Assembly (NCBI GenBank): GCA_028534125.1
Contig: CM052818.1
Coordinates: 40,488,001-40,552,000, forward strand
Length of the DNA stretch: 64,000 nucleotides
DNA from: Lama glama
Taxonomy: Eukaryota
Reading direction: 5' to 3'
Of the stretch, positions 25,081 to 37,999 are shown piece by piece; position 1 is the stretch's first letter; every line of letters starts with the position of its first letter. The notes under the pieces are model-generated. The model saw nothing but the letters and a program-made list of their open reading frames with translations, ran no database searches and was not told the origin of the DNA. A program made the position numbers and the translations under genes.

Positions 25081-27384
25081 AGCTAGAGATGCTTATAGCA
25101 GTGATCTCATGGGGCTGTTATGAGAATCAGAAGAGCTAATATATATGAGGCACTTAGAACAGTTTCTGACACAGAGTTTCATACATACTAAGTAAACTTC
25201 TGATTTTTATTCGGCTTCCTGTGACACTTGATTACTGGGAGATTTTATCCGGGCCAGGATGAAAAAAAAATTCTTGTAAAACCGACAACCACATTTCTCA
25301 GGGTGACACTAAATGGTCGTTTTGGTTTTATACATCAGTCTCTTATAAGTTTTATTAGAGTGAGTCAGCCTTCCCAAGCCAGATCAGCTCTGGACTACTG
25401 AATTTGAGGTGCTAAGGACCTAACTGTATATATGCTGATGAAACCACTACCAGTAACATCACATTTGAAGGTTTTGTCTGAGTGGGCAGAGGGGCTAGAG
25501 AGGATTTCCTGCACTCTGACATCACCCTTTCCCCAAATATCCCATTGTACAGACTTACTCGGCAGCCCCTTCCATTGCCTCCTCTCTCCCTGTAAAAAGG
25601 GAGTAAACTGAAGAAAAACATGAAATAGGCAAGAGCTCCACTTTTTAAGCTACTTATTTGCTGAGTTGGCTTGGAAGAAATGGGCTCCGTGTTTGGGCAG
25701 TGGGAAGATGAGTTGGGTCACGTGGCAGGACTAGGGGGCAACTTGGCATAAAGCTGAGAGACAGCCATTGGCCAGAGCGGGTATGAGATTCAAATCTAAA
25801 ACTAACTAGCTGTGGACTCTGGACAATAATGACCAACCATTACTGAGCATTTCTTATCATCTGATGACGTGTTTCGAATACTAAGGGGAACAGGTACTTC
25901 AATTTAACATACAAAGTAACTGACACACCAGGAGCTTCATTAATATTCCAGATGTTAAGTAAGAAACGGAGCTGGGATTCAGACCAGGCAGTTTGATTCC
26001 ATGGCTTGCTCTCTTCATCCATGTCTCTCAATTTTTCTCTCCCTCTATAGCGGGCCCATTAACCCTGTGTTGTAGGATTATTGTGGATATGGCAGTCACA
26101 GGATAAATGGTTAGCATATACCACCCACTCTGGGATCTCCAAGAACTTCCTTCACTTCTGCAGTTTCAGGTTTCCCGTGGACAACGTTAACAGGATAGGC
26201 ATCAGCCCAAGAGTCTAAGCTTCCATCTTTCCAAGAGCAACGTGCTCCCTTCTTACCAAGGTGCCAGTCTAGTGCCTTCATCCTCAGAGACATTGGAATC
26301 TGCAAAGGTCAGTCCTCCCTGCGGCCACTTACGTCCCCTCTCATAGCTGTTCCAGCTGTAATAAAGCCACAATACAAGGCATCGTATTGACTGTTCCTCT
26401 GCTTGCTAAGCTGCCTTGGTAAAGTGTGAAGAATTCAGATGACAGAAGGAAGAATGAAGCAAGCATTCCATAGACAGAGAGAGAAATGGACAGCCACCCC
26501 ATCCACAAATTGGCCAGCTATTCTCAGCGCAAGCTTGGAATGAGGCAGCTCGGGGCCCAGGCAGGAGATCACATCCCTGAAGTCTCTTCTGGCAAACTGA
26601 ATTAAGGAACCCGAAAGAAGTTATACCTTACAGGTTTCACCCGGCCCTGACATATTCTAGAGGCTTCAAAAATGCCCTAACTTCACTGGATGCAAACAGC
26701 ACATAGGTTTTTGTATGCATTCTGTGGACAGTGTGGGTCTGGGAAAGTAAACATCCCAGAGTGAAACATTGTCCCCAAAGATCTGGGTAATTCGCATTGG
26801 CCCTGCCTCAGAAAGGAAGAAGGAGGTAGGGTTTGGGCCAAGATGCTGCCTATCTGCAGTCTTCTCCCCTACCCACTCAACCTCACCCGCAGGATGCTCT
26901 TGAGTGGTTCAACTCAGGCATGACTCCTTCCCACAGTAAGGGCGGCTGTAGCTTCCAGAAAAGCACATTCTCATGTTACAGTCATGCTTGCCTTTTCAGA
27001 GGAGAAGAGGTCCTTTTAATTTTTGAGAGCATTTTGTGCTCTTCAGAGTTAAGAATGCTTTTTATGCTTCAGAGTTAACAATTATTTCATTCTGACTTTC
27101 AGAAATATAATTTAAGGATTTGGGGGAATAATTGTTCTACTCATTGGCAAATAGGATAATCCCCTTTTGTCTTACTGATAGGTAATAAAGTTCTTCTCAG
27201 TGAGTTTTCTTCCTTTTGGATCTCTTGAACGAAACTCAAAAAATAGAACCCAGATTTATAAAAGTCATTACTCAGATTTGCACAAGACGTTACCATCTCC
27301 TTTCGTATCGTTTTCCTTACGAAAATATTAAAGACAGGATTTGTTAGATGAAAGTTGCACACACATATTTTAAAGTAATGAAGA

Positions 27385-27570
27385 TAATTAACACTGATTG
27401 CATTTCTACCATGTGTTGGCCCATAAATGAGAGGTCTTATTTAATCCTTATCGTAATCTGCTTTTTGCAGATGAGAAGACTGAGGCTAAGAGAAGTGAAT
27501 TGACTTGTCCGATGTAACACAGTTGATCAGAGGAAATCCTAAATTGGAAACCAGGTCTGTCTATCACCAC
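27385..27570 (-). mobile_element. MIR SINE
   Basis: ttttgcagatgagaagactgaggctaagagaagtgaattgacttgtcc. Confidence 0.85.
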
Positions 27571-28489
27571 AAACTGCTCTTTTCCTTACCCACGTGGATG
27601 AATGGGAAGTTTAGTGCTGCGTCATCAAAAGCAGCGATGCCTAACTTGGAGGCGGAAGGGAAGACATGATACCCATTCTAAGGTCTATGGAAATATACAT
27701 GTATGTGATTACGCTTCAGGGGAAAAGAAGGCTTGGGTTTGACTATATGGTGAGCTGGCAGTGGGTGAGGGAAGTGGACCATCAGGATGAACATTACAGG
27801 GAGGGTTGTTGCAAGAATTTGACAGTTGTGACCCTAGGGAGAAATCTGGTGATTAACATCAAATTTCAATAATAGTTCTTTCCATCAGGGGTTCCATAAG
27901 CATTAGAAAAGGTAGCTTTGCTTCTATTTTCCATATATTTTCCCGAAGGTCTTCAATTTAGGCTTGGTTTAGTGGCCTCTGGAAAAAAAAGCACTTAGGA
28001 ATAGTGATGGGGGGGCGGCATTAAAAGCTAGAACCAGACAATTTAATCTGATATGATGCCTCAAGGGATTCCACTGTTTTCTAAACTTGCTAACTTGACA
28101 AGAGACTTCTCTCTCCACGGAGAAATAGCTTATGACACCCATTTCACTATCTGGTAGGCTGCACATAGCTTTATATAATGGCTCCTCTTGTCATTATCGA
28201 TTTTCTTCCCTTGGGAATATTTTAATCTATATCGAGTAAATAATATCAATCACATTGCTCATATAATCATTATTGGCTGGGCCTTTTCTTTGATTGACAT
28301 AAAAATATTGTTTTCTATGCTGGAGGCAGCATATAGAAGTAGAAATAACACTGGCCTCAGAAACAGAAGTTCAGGGTTTTCAATCTGACTTCTTCCGTTT
28401 AAACTCACTGTTCCCCCAGATGACTATCCCTCTGGGTCATTGCTCTGCATAGAATGCTTTCCTCCCTGAAAGAGCAGGAGAGACATGAA

Positions 28490-28740
28490 ATAAAGTGTGG
28501 GCTCTGGAGCAACGGTTGGGATTAGAAGCCTCGTTCCAGCGCCTTCCAGCTATGTGATCGCGGGCTCAGTAGGGAACCTTTCCTTGCGTCTGTTCCCTAG
28601 TCTATGAGATGACAACCATTGTGAAACTTACCTCCCTAGTATGATGTAAGCACCTAATGAGCACATTTATGTAAAGATCTTTGAAGAACAACAACATCGT
28701 GGTAGTGCTCAAAAATGTCAGTGTTTATTATCATTTTATT
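28490..28740 (+). mobile_element. MIR SINE, near full length
   Basis: gtgtgggctctggagc..cagctatgtgat..ctgttccctagtctatga..tgtaaag..gtagtgctcaaaaatgtcag. Confidence 0.8.
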
Positions 28741-28914
28741 CCCACTTCCATTCCAAAGTATCCAACGCACATTTAGCAAATTCTTACTAGTCTTCAACTT
28801 CCAGCCTAAAAGTTTTCTCCATTAAGAAAGAAGCCTTTTTTACAACCATCCCCAGCCTCTTCCCAAACAGAGCTGATAACTTTCCTTTCTCTGATCCCTC
28901 TGGTGGCACTTCGT

Positions 28915-29790
28915 TTATCCATCCAGTCAAGAAACATTTATAGAGCCGAGGGTGTGCCAGACACTGCTAACACAGAGCTGTCAGTGAAGGAACCACTGTC
29001 CCCAGATTGCTCACAGTCTCGGAAGAATTACAAGTGCTCTAATAAGGCAGCGTGTTAGCACAAAGGAGGTTTTTCGCTCAGAGATCAGTCATTTCCCAAA
29101 CTGTGTAAGACCCAGGGGCAGCCTCTGAGACCCCATTAGCTGTGTCTAGTTTTTCTTCTCTTTTTCTCCTAGTTCATTCCTCAACATATCATTTTACTTC
29201 CTGATGCCCCCTCGTTTCTTCTCTTCCCTTTACTGTCTCTTGGGTTTTGTTCTTTTGTTTTCGTCCTCTCTCTCCTTTTTTCTCTTTGGACACAGGCTGT
29301 ATGAAGGATTAAGTAGAGAAACACTCAACGATGTCTTCTTAGAAGACATGGAGCCCAAGCTGAGTCTTTAAGACAGAGAGGGGTTTAGATAAAGAATGGA
29401 GGAATGGGGGGGAAACAGACAGAGCGGGAAGCAACGGTCAGAAGGAACTTCAAATGTGAAGTCCCTGAGGAGAAAGAACACAAAGAAAAGCACATGCGGG
29501 GATGGTCTGTGCTGAAAAATGCAGAGCTCAGTCAGGTTTGAGACTGCCCCCCCGGGTGAAATGGTACTGACAGGAAAGTGGGTAAATCAGGCATTCTGCA
29601 CTAGGTTGGATTAGATTGCTATTAGATGGGTTCTAAGTTGATGTTTTAAGGAAGACATTGACGTGATTAGATTTACATGTTAGAAAAAGCACTATTTCTG
29701 GGTGTCGGATGGATTGAAAAAGGCTAACCGGATACGGGGTGTTAAGTGATGCTACTGAAATAGCCCAGAAGAAATGCTGATACTTCCAGG
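28915..29790 (-). mobile_element. L2 fragments (interrupted)
   Basis: catccagtcaagaaacatttatagagc..tgtgccagacactg; gctgagtctttaagacagagaggggt; tgacgtgattagatttacatgttagaaa. Confidence 0.65.
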
Positions 29791-30039
29791 ATGTCAGCAA
29801 GCTGGTGCCGTAGTGAAGTATGTAAGCTCTGCTTAATCACTGGATCCTAATCCTGATTCTGCTGTTCACAGATGCCCAGAAAAAATGTGACCGCCAATGT
29901 CCTACATTCCCAGTCATTTTAGCACCTGAAAACAAGCTTTTTGTCCAGGTGGTCAATTCTTTAATATAAAGAAACGAAGAACCAGGGATCTGCGCAATAA
30001 TCTACCATCAGATTCCCTAGATAAGGAACACGATGCGTA

Positions 30040-30900
30040 CATATGTATTCATTTACTGATTTTTATACTGGAACTGAAAGCCTACTGTGCATTAGGCCCT
30101 GAGTTCCTGCCCTCTTGGGGCTACATTAGTAAGGGTATAGCACGTAGGATACACATAAATGCAAATTATTATACCCAGCAGGATATATGTATTTAAAAAA
30201 AAAGTAAGTCAAGAAGATGGAGTGGCAAAGTTGTATAAGATGGAGAGGAAAGTCCTTTATAAGAAAAAAAATGTGATCTTCACTGAAGTGGGAGAGACAG
30301 CCAGGCAATGTCAGGAGAAAAGAGTTCCAGGATGGAGAAACAGCAGGTGTAAAGGGCCTGAAACAGGAGCACGTGAGGTTCCCTGAGGATCGGCCAGGAG
30401 GCTGGCATTGATGGAGCCGAAGGGGTAGGGTAGAGGGCAGCAGGAGAGGAGTCAACGAGATAGATGCCAGATCATGAAGGACCTTATAGATCAGAGTCTT
30501 GGGTTTATCTTTTAAGTGTGATGGGAAGCAACTGGGTAAAAATGATGGTGCTCTAAGTCTGACAGGGAAATTTGAAAAAGGAACCCAGTTTGGGGCATGA
30601 TACACTTGAGATGCGTAGTAGCTACCTGAATGATGATGATGAGTAAGCAGATCTGAATTTGGGGCCCAGGTGGAGAGGTTAGGAACACAAACACAAATTT
30701 GGGAAGCATCAGCAAATATCAAGTTTTGGAACTGGATGCGATCACAGAGAGAGAGAGAAGTTCTAAGAATTGAATCCTGTGCTAGTCCAACGGATAGAGG
30801 GTGGAACCAAGGAAGCAATCTAGCAAAAGTGACCGGGAAGCAGCAACCATTAAGAGGTGGACACGGAGGAGAGTGAAGGACATTTCAAGAAGGGGGTAGG
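30040..30900 (-). mobile_element. L2a LINE 3' fragment
   Basis: cagcaggtgtaaagggcctgaaacaggagc..cagatcatgaaggaccttataga..taagtgtgatgggaagc..atttgggaagcatcagc. Confidence 0.85.
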
Positions 30901-31651
30901 TTTTAAATATGTTAGTGTGAAACAGTCTTTTCCCTCTCCTTTCATAAATCATGTAAAACCAGCAAGGATGATGGAAAGAAAGCTGTAAGCCACACCTTTA
31001 AGGGAACCAGCAGACAATTAAAATCACAAAATATACCAAAGGTGCCCAAAGCAGTGAAGTATTGAACAGGGTCTTGGGAGAAAGCAGAAATGTGAAACCC
31101 ATGGCTGAGTATCTCAGAAAGAGCAATCAAAATGACCTTGCCAGGGACAGGGCGTGCTGAGGTGCACATCAGGTCACTGGGTGTGCATCCAGCAATGAGA
31201 GCTTCCCTGGAGGATGCTGGTGCAAGACGTATAGGGGGGACTGATCACAAAATCACACAAGGAACATACGGTAGAAGAGGAAACTTAGATTTTAAGCAGT
31301 CCTGCAGACACCAATAGATGCCTTTCTCTGGTGTGTGGAAAGAAATAAAGGCTAAATGAACTTACAAACAACCCTGGGATGTAGGAAAATTCCTACTGGC
31401 CTCAAGTACTTCTCTGTTCCTTGTCCACAAGCACTCCAGAAAGCTGGTCCCAGAAGAAGCCAACTGCTCAAGATAAATGTTCAAAAAGGAGCCAGAATAA
31501 GCACTATGTAGATACTAGAAGAATCAAACAAACAACAACAAAAGAATAAAAGAAACAGAGAATGCACAGTATCTAAAGTATTTTCATCAGAAAAGTCTAG
31601 CTATAGACAAAGTGAAAATTGCGATCAAACGTTTCATTATGATGTAATAGA

Positions 31652-32124
31652 TATTATAGATTGGCCAATCTATATCAATATCCCCTCCTACTCTCTTCTA
31701 GCTTTTCTAGCTGGCTGGGAAATACAGACTCCTTTATAACCAGAGTTCTGCCTGTGACAAAGATCCAATAAGCAACACCACCCACCTAAGATTTGGAGAA
31801 GGAAGCAAATAATGAGATCTGCATATGAAGAAACTGATCTTGTGGCAAGATGCAAGACAGGTCATGGTTTCTGGGGTACTGGGGTGGAGTTTCTAGAGAA
31901 TGATCCTCAGTGTTCTAGGAGCTGAGCGGAGAGGGGAGCAGCAATCACTTTCTGCTAGAATATTGCCTGTGTGTGGTCAAGCATTTCCCTGGCTGTATAG
32001 TATCCAAGCCTAGTTTCCTAGTCCTCCAGGAGTTTGTGAGCTAGTGAATCACCTTTAATAAACCCTTTTGCTTTAACCATCTAGTGTAAGTTCTGTCTCC
32101 TGCAACTAAAAACACTGATCAATA
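31652..32124 (+). mobile_element. LTR33-like ERVL solo LTR
   Basis: 3' end tttaataaacccttttgctttaaccatctagtgtaagttctgtctcctgcaactaaaaacactgatcaata is typical of LTR33/LTR16-class LTRs. Confidence 0.7.
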
Positions 32125-32589
32125 TTCATAATTTAAGAAAGAAAAAAATGCAATGAAACAGTTAACACTAACAAATACAGAAGGCAAAAAATGCAAAAGT
32201 TATGGAATAGATAATGACACAATGGGAAGAAATAAAACATGAGCTGCAAAGAAGGAAAAACATAAATGAAAGTAAAATTTGATTATATATATGTATAAAT
32301 GAGCTATACATGTGTGTATGGATATAGATACAGATATATGGACATAGAGCTATAGATACAGATATATCGGTATTCACTATGTAGGGTTGGTTTTTCCCAG
32401 GACTGGTGCATCATTTAGTCTCTAGACGTTTTTGTTGCATTCACTACTGTGATTCCATCATCTAGAGCAGTGCCCGGCCCACAGTAGATTTCGCCTATCA
32501 CTGACTGAATGAGTGATTGCACAGATGAATGCTTATGGATTATCAGCACATTCTTTGCGGTATTCTTTTTCTCTACCTCAATACATCTG

Positions 32590-32645
32590 ACATATATATG
32601 TGTGTGTATATATATATATATGTATATAATGTATATATATATAAT
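32590..32645. repeat. (TA)n/(TG)n compound microsatellite
   Basis: Directly visible. Confidence 0.9.
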
Positions 32646-33019
32646 TAGTATATAAATAAGAGGTCTAAAAAGAGATGATTCAGTTTTTCTCTGGAAAAGA
32701 TCTATTTTCTCAGAGCAGCTTTTCTGAGAAAGGATAATTACAGATGCAATTGACATCCGTATTGACATTCATGAGTCTATCCAATGAGGCAGAGATTTTT
32801 TTTTTAAGTTTGGATCTAGTAGGATGATTACTTTCCCATCCATAAGCAATGACTAGAAGTCACCTCAACATCACATTATTTGCATAATGCAAAATAGGAA
32901 TGCTCTCTCTCTGGTCATTCCTAAATGTTCTCCTCTCCTCTGTTCCTGCAGAACTAGCCTCTTCCTTCTGTGTGTCCCTACTGCCTGTTTTTTGGGTTTT
33001 TTCTTTTTGGCTCCAGGTC

Positions 33020-35365
33020 TATGATGATATTACTAATATATAACATATGTAAATTTAAGTTGTGCAACATGATGATTTGGTAAATGTATCTATTGCAAAA
33101 CTATTAACATGATGAAGTTAGTTGACACCTTCATTCCCTCACATATTTACCATTTTTGTGTGTGCTGATAACATTTAAGATCTTAGTCTCTTAACAAATT
33201 TCAAGTATATAATACAAGATTATTAATTACAGTCACCATGCCGTACAGTAGAATCCCAGAGCTTGTATCTTATAGTTGGAAGTTTGTACAAATCCTTTGA
33301 CCAACATTTCCCTATCCCCACCTGCCACCAACCCCCTGGCAATCCCACAGCCCTGGCAATCAACATTCTACTCTCTATTTCAATGAGTTCAGTATTTTTA
33401 GTTTCTAGATATAACTGAGATCCTACAGAATTTGTCTTTCTCTCTCTGGCTTATTTCACTTAGCATAATGTCCTCAAGGTCCATCCATGTTGTTACGAAA
33501 GGCAGGATTTCTTTCCTTTTTTATGGTTGAATAATATTTATTTTATTTGTTTGTTTATAACTTTTTATCCATTCATCTATTGATGGACACTTAGGTTGTT
33601 TGCATGTCTTGAGTATTGTGAATAATGCTGCAATGAAAACGGGGGTGAGTATATCTCTTCAAGATGATCATTACATTTCCTTCAGATATATACCCAGAAA
33701 TGGAATTGTTGAATCATATAATAGTTCTATTTTTAATTTTTGAGGAACCTCTGTTTTCCATAGAGTCTGCACCAATTTACATTCCCACCAACAGTGCACA
33801 GGGTTCCCGTTTCTCCACAGCTTGTCAACACTTGTCTCTTGTCTTTAAGATAACTGCCATTCTAGAATGGCATTTTAAAATCAGACGATCTTTTGCTGTT
33901 GAGTTTTATGAATTTCTTATATATTTTGGATACAAACCCCTTAGCAGATAAATGGTTCACAAATATTTTCTCCCATTTCATAGGTTGCCTTTTTATTTTG
34001 TTTATTGTTTCTTTTGCTGTGAAGAAGCCTTTTAGTTTGGTGTCGTCCCACTTGTTTATTTTTGCTTTTGTTGTTTGCACTTTTGGTATTTTACCCAAAA
34101 AATTATTGCCGAGATCAATGTCAAGGAGCTGTTTTCCCTTTTTTTCCCCTAGAAATTCGACAGTTTATGGCCTATGTTTAACTCTTAATCCATCTTTTTT
34201 TAAATAGTTTTATTTTATTTTATTTTATTTTATTTTATTTTATTGGGGAGGTAATTAGGTTTATTTATTTATTTATTTTTAGAGGAGGTACTGGGGATTG
34301 GAGCCCAGGACCCTGTGTATGCTAAGCATGTGCTCTACCACTTGAGCTATACCCTGCCCCTCTTAATCCATCTTGAGTTAATTTTTGTGAGGGGTGTAAG
34401 GTGGGGATCCAATTTCATTCTTTTGCCTGTGATTATCCAGTTTTCCCCAATCCCATTTATTGAAGAGAATATCCTTTCCCATCACGTTCTCTTGGCTCTC
34501 CTGTAAAATATTAGTTGACTATATATGCCAGGGTTTACTTCTGGGTTCTCTATTCTGTTCCATTGGTCCATCTGTCTGTTTTTATGCCAGTACCATACTG
34601 TTTTGATTGTTCTAATCTTACAATATAGTTAAAAATCGGGACCTGTGATGCCTCCAGCTTTGTTCTTTCTCAAGATTTCTTTGGCTACTTGGGGTCTTTT
34701 GTAGTTTCATATGAATTTTTGTACATCTCAACAATATTGATTCTTCTGACCCATGAACACAGGATACCTTTCCATTTATTTGTGTCTTTTTCCATTTCTT
34801 CATTAAAGCTTATAATTTTTAGTGTACAGACATTTCACATCTCTGATTAAATTTATTCCTAAGTATTTTATTGTTTTGAAGCTATCATGAATGGACTGTT
34901 TACTTTGTCTCTTTTTTAGGTATGTTGTGGTTAGTGTATAAAACTGCAAGCAATTTTTGAATGTTGATTTTGTATTTTGCAACCTTATAGAATACATTGA
35001 TTAGTTCTGACAATTTTTTGTTTGTTTGTTTGTTTGATGGAGTCTTTAAGATTTCTTACCCATAAGATAATATCATCTGCAAACAGACAATTTTACTTCT
35101 TCCTTTCTGATTTGAATACCTTTTATTTACTTATTTTTGCTTGATTTCTCTGGTTAGGGCTTCCAGTAACAGGAGTAGTGAGAGTGGACACCCTTGCCTT
35201 ATTCCTAAGACTTTAAAAAAAAAGCTTTCAAATTTTCACCATTGAGTATGATATTCGCTGTGGGCTTGTCATACGTGGTCTCCATTGTACTGAGGTTTGT
35301 TCCTTCCATACACAATTTGTTGAGAGCTTTTATCATGGAAAGATGTTGTTATTTTGTCAAATGTC
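33020..35365 (-). mobile_element. L1MA-type LINE (ORF2 3' part and 3' UTR) with internal deletions
   Basis: ORF track 33862-34098 gives L1 ORF2 peptide (TKAKINKWD..KLKGFFTAKETINKIKRQPMKWEKIF); continuous antisense L1 sequence. Confidence 0.95.
34197..34359 (-). mobile_element. Camelid tRNA-derived SINE (Vic-1 type) inserted in L1
   Basis: Antisense of ggggcagggtatagctcaagtggtagagcacatgcttagcat..gtcctgggctccaatccccagtacctcc (Pol III A/B boxes) plus A-rich tail; perfect 15-bp TSD ctcttaatccatctt at 34182-34196 and 34360-34374. Confidence 0.92.
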
Positions 35366-35959
35366 TATTTTGAATTAGCTTAAGCAATAAAAGAGAATTT
35401 ATCTGATCATGTAATCAAATGTCAGTTCAATTCTAGGGCCTTCTTTCAGGATAACAGGATCTGGAGATTTAATTACTCTCCCCGTACACAGCAAACTCAG
35501 GACTTGTCTCTAGAATACAGAAGAGAGATAAAGTCCAAGGTTGACGGGGAATCTGGGAGTAGTGGAAAATTTACAGCTTTTTAAAGTGATGTTTTTTCTT
35601 TTTGACTTCTTCCTTGGCAGTTCAGCAATTTAACATCTGATCTTTGATTTCTAGACCACTAACGCATTTTTGATTTAAGGACAATAATCACTGCAGTTGT
35701 GAAAATAAACACCACCACTTTGATTGCCTGGCAAGGTCTATGTTGTAAAACAAGCCCCAGTTTTGATGATACTGAGTTTGGATTGATGGAGAATGTGGCA
35801 TTCATCTACCAAGGGTCATGCCAGGCTACCACAGTGAGAGACCACATAATATCTCAAAAAATTCTGCAGTTGTTAGCTGGTGGCTGCTTGATAGTCAGGA
35901 GTGAATACCAGAAGGCAGGGAGTGTTTAAATATAAAACCTTAGAATTCCGCAGGCACAA

Positions 35960-36190
35960 TGACAGAGGAAAAGGCGTGAGATGTGGAATCATCAGACCTG
36001 GGACAAAATTTCAACTCATTCACTTATCACTATTCATCCTAGAACAAGTAATTCAATTCTGAATCTCAATTTCCTCATCTGTAAAAATGATATAATGATA
36101 TCTATCTCCTAAGGTTGCTGTGAGGTTGAAATAAGGTAATGTGCAGAGTATCTTATATACAGAGGAAGCCAGATAAATGGTAGCTATTAT
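35960..36190 (+). mobile_element. MIR SINE, near full length
   Basis: tggaatcatcagacctggg..tctgaatctcaatttcctcatctgtaaaaatga..aaggttgctgtgaggttgaaataag. Confidence 0.9.
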
Positions 36191-36419
36191 TCAGACTCAA
36201 TTGTTCAATATTTGCATAGTTTATGTTAATATATCTTTATTTGACTGTTTACATTTCAACACAGTCAGTGTCCAAGAAAAGAAGTGGTTTTCATATTGAT
36301 GACTCTGAGACCAGACTTTTAAAACCCTGGTGGAATTTTTAATTCACAAGGAATAAATAGTGATCAAAAGGGGGTTTGTGCTAATGTAGTTCATTGTTTT
36401 GTATTAGTATAATGCTGAA

Positions 36420-37230
36420 AGATTCAGTGGAAATTTTTCCATCTCATTTTACTTGCCTGTTCTGCAGCTTTTGACACTGTTCGAAACTCTTTCTTAAATA
36501 TTGGCTTTTCTTGGTTTCCACATTAACACTTTCCCCCTAATCTCCTTGACTGATCTTTCTCAATCATTTTATGGGCAATATCCCTTTTCCCATCTCTTAA
36601 ACGTTAGCCTTCTTTAGCCATCGCTCAGTAGACATCGCCTTCTCATTCTAACTACTCTTTCCAGGTAATCCCTTTCACCCCCAAGATTTCACTTGTTATT
36701 TAATTCAAGGCCACAGGTAAAGTTGTGCAGGTTGTGCACTACCTTAATGTGCTAAGGTGAAAAAGAGAGTGTAGCAGAAATCCGGTCTGTGCTCAGCTTG
36801 CCAGGTTGTGTACCCCAGGGCCAGTGTTTGCGTAGAGGGAGTGCATTTTTCTAATTTACACAAAAGCATTCTATTCATCAGCAGTTGCCCTGATCGAAGT
36901 GATATCTACAAATACACGTGTGTGTACACACACATACACGCACACTATATACAGTGTGAATCGTTATGCAAATGTCAAACTTAACAAATTTAATTGCCAG
37001 TGGTAATCTCCATCTGTACGAATCAAACTCCACATGACCTGAGTTGAACTATTCTCCTTTCTCTCACTAACTAACCATTTCATGCATGTTCTGCGTCTCT
37101 CTGGATGGAACCAATGTCCACCAAAGTGCCGCTGCCAGAAACTTGAGTGCCATATTTTATTCTTCCCACTCCCTTACTCCGGTACATTATCAAATTGTGG
37201 TTGATACCCTGATGCACTGCCCAGATCAAC
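36420..37230 (+). mobile_element. L2 LINE fragment interrupted by MER91A
   Basis: catctcattttacttgcctgttctgcagcttttgacactgtt (LDLSAAFDT remnant); caccaaagtgcc..ccagaaacttgagtgccat. Confidence 0.7.
36706..36892 (+). mobile_element. MER91A/B hAT-Tip100 MITE
   Basis: caaggccac..gttgtgcaggttgtgcact..tttttctaatttacacaaaag..gcagttgccctg with TIRs; diverged 8-bp TSD atttaatt/atcgaagt. Confidence 0.75.
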
Positions 37231-37999
37231 CTAGCGGACTCAGTAGTATCGAGTTGAATGGATACTGCTATGCAGGCAATAAAGCATTAAGTCAAATTTT
37301 CCTTTAAAACAGATTCCAAGTTTTAGTTAATCAGTCAGACTCAAATTTAAAACTTTTTGTTTTGATTGAAGAAAGTGGATATTCATAAACTCTGCTTCAG
37401 TAATTGTAAACAGGGTGAGTGACCATTAAAAACATAGGAAGAGCTTTTTCTTTCATTTTGAATGAAACTTATGTCTACATCAATACATCAGTAAAATTTT
37501 ATATGAGGTTTAAATTTAAAAACATCTACCAAGTTTCTTAAAGAAATTTATTCCTACTTTAAGGAAACTAAATTAAACTGCTGCTGTAGAATATTCTCTG
37601 ATTTCCCACTATAATATCACTTTTTCAAAACTACAATAAAGATACATTCCCATGGCTTTTTCATTACTCTGTGGGTTATACAGGAAGCCTGCATTTTTAT
37701 TTTATGCTTTAGAGAATTCAATATGAGTCATACAAAAAATAGTCTTTTCTCCATAACATGGCTATAAGAGTTTTGCTTGTAAATATTTATATTGCTTCTT
37801 TCTCTAATAAAATCTTTGTAAACACTTTGTCAGGGTATTAAAGAGCTTTTTTCTATACTTTGTCTTAAGATGCAGAAAATGCCAGAGGAACTTGCATAGT
37901 TTTTCTCATAGAGGATGTTTTTAAATTGTTATTACAAAATAATATGTGCTTGCTCTTAAAATCAAGTAGCAGTGAATGGTATGGAATTAACACAGTTCA

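Noticed and set aside
28893..28907. Second CTCF-like match (GCCACCAGAGGGATC on minus)
   Set aside because: Lacks the conserved C of GGC and sits among L2 debris.
30126..30818. Longest real ORF (230 aa)
   Set aside because: Lies wholly within a decayed L2; L/S/P-rich composition with no recognisable domain.
33862..34997. ORFs with L1 ORF2-like peptides
   Set aside because: Broken fragments of a dead L1, not a host gene.
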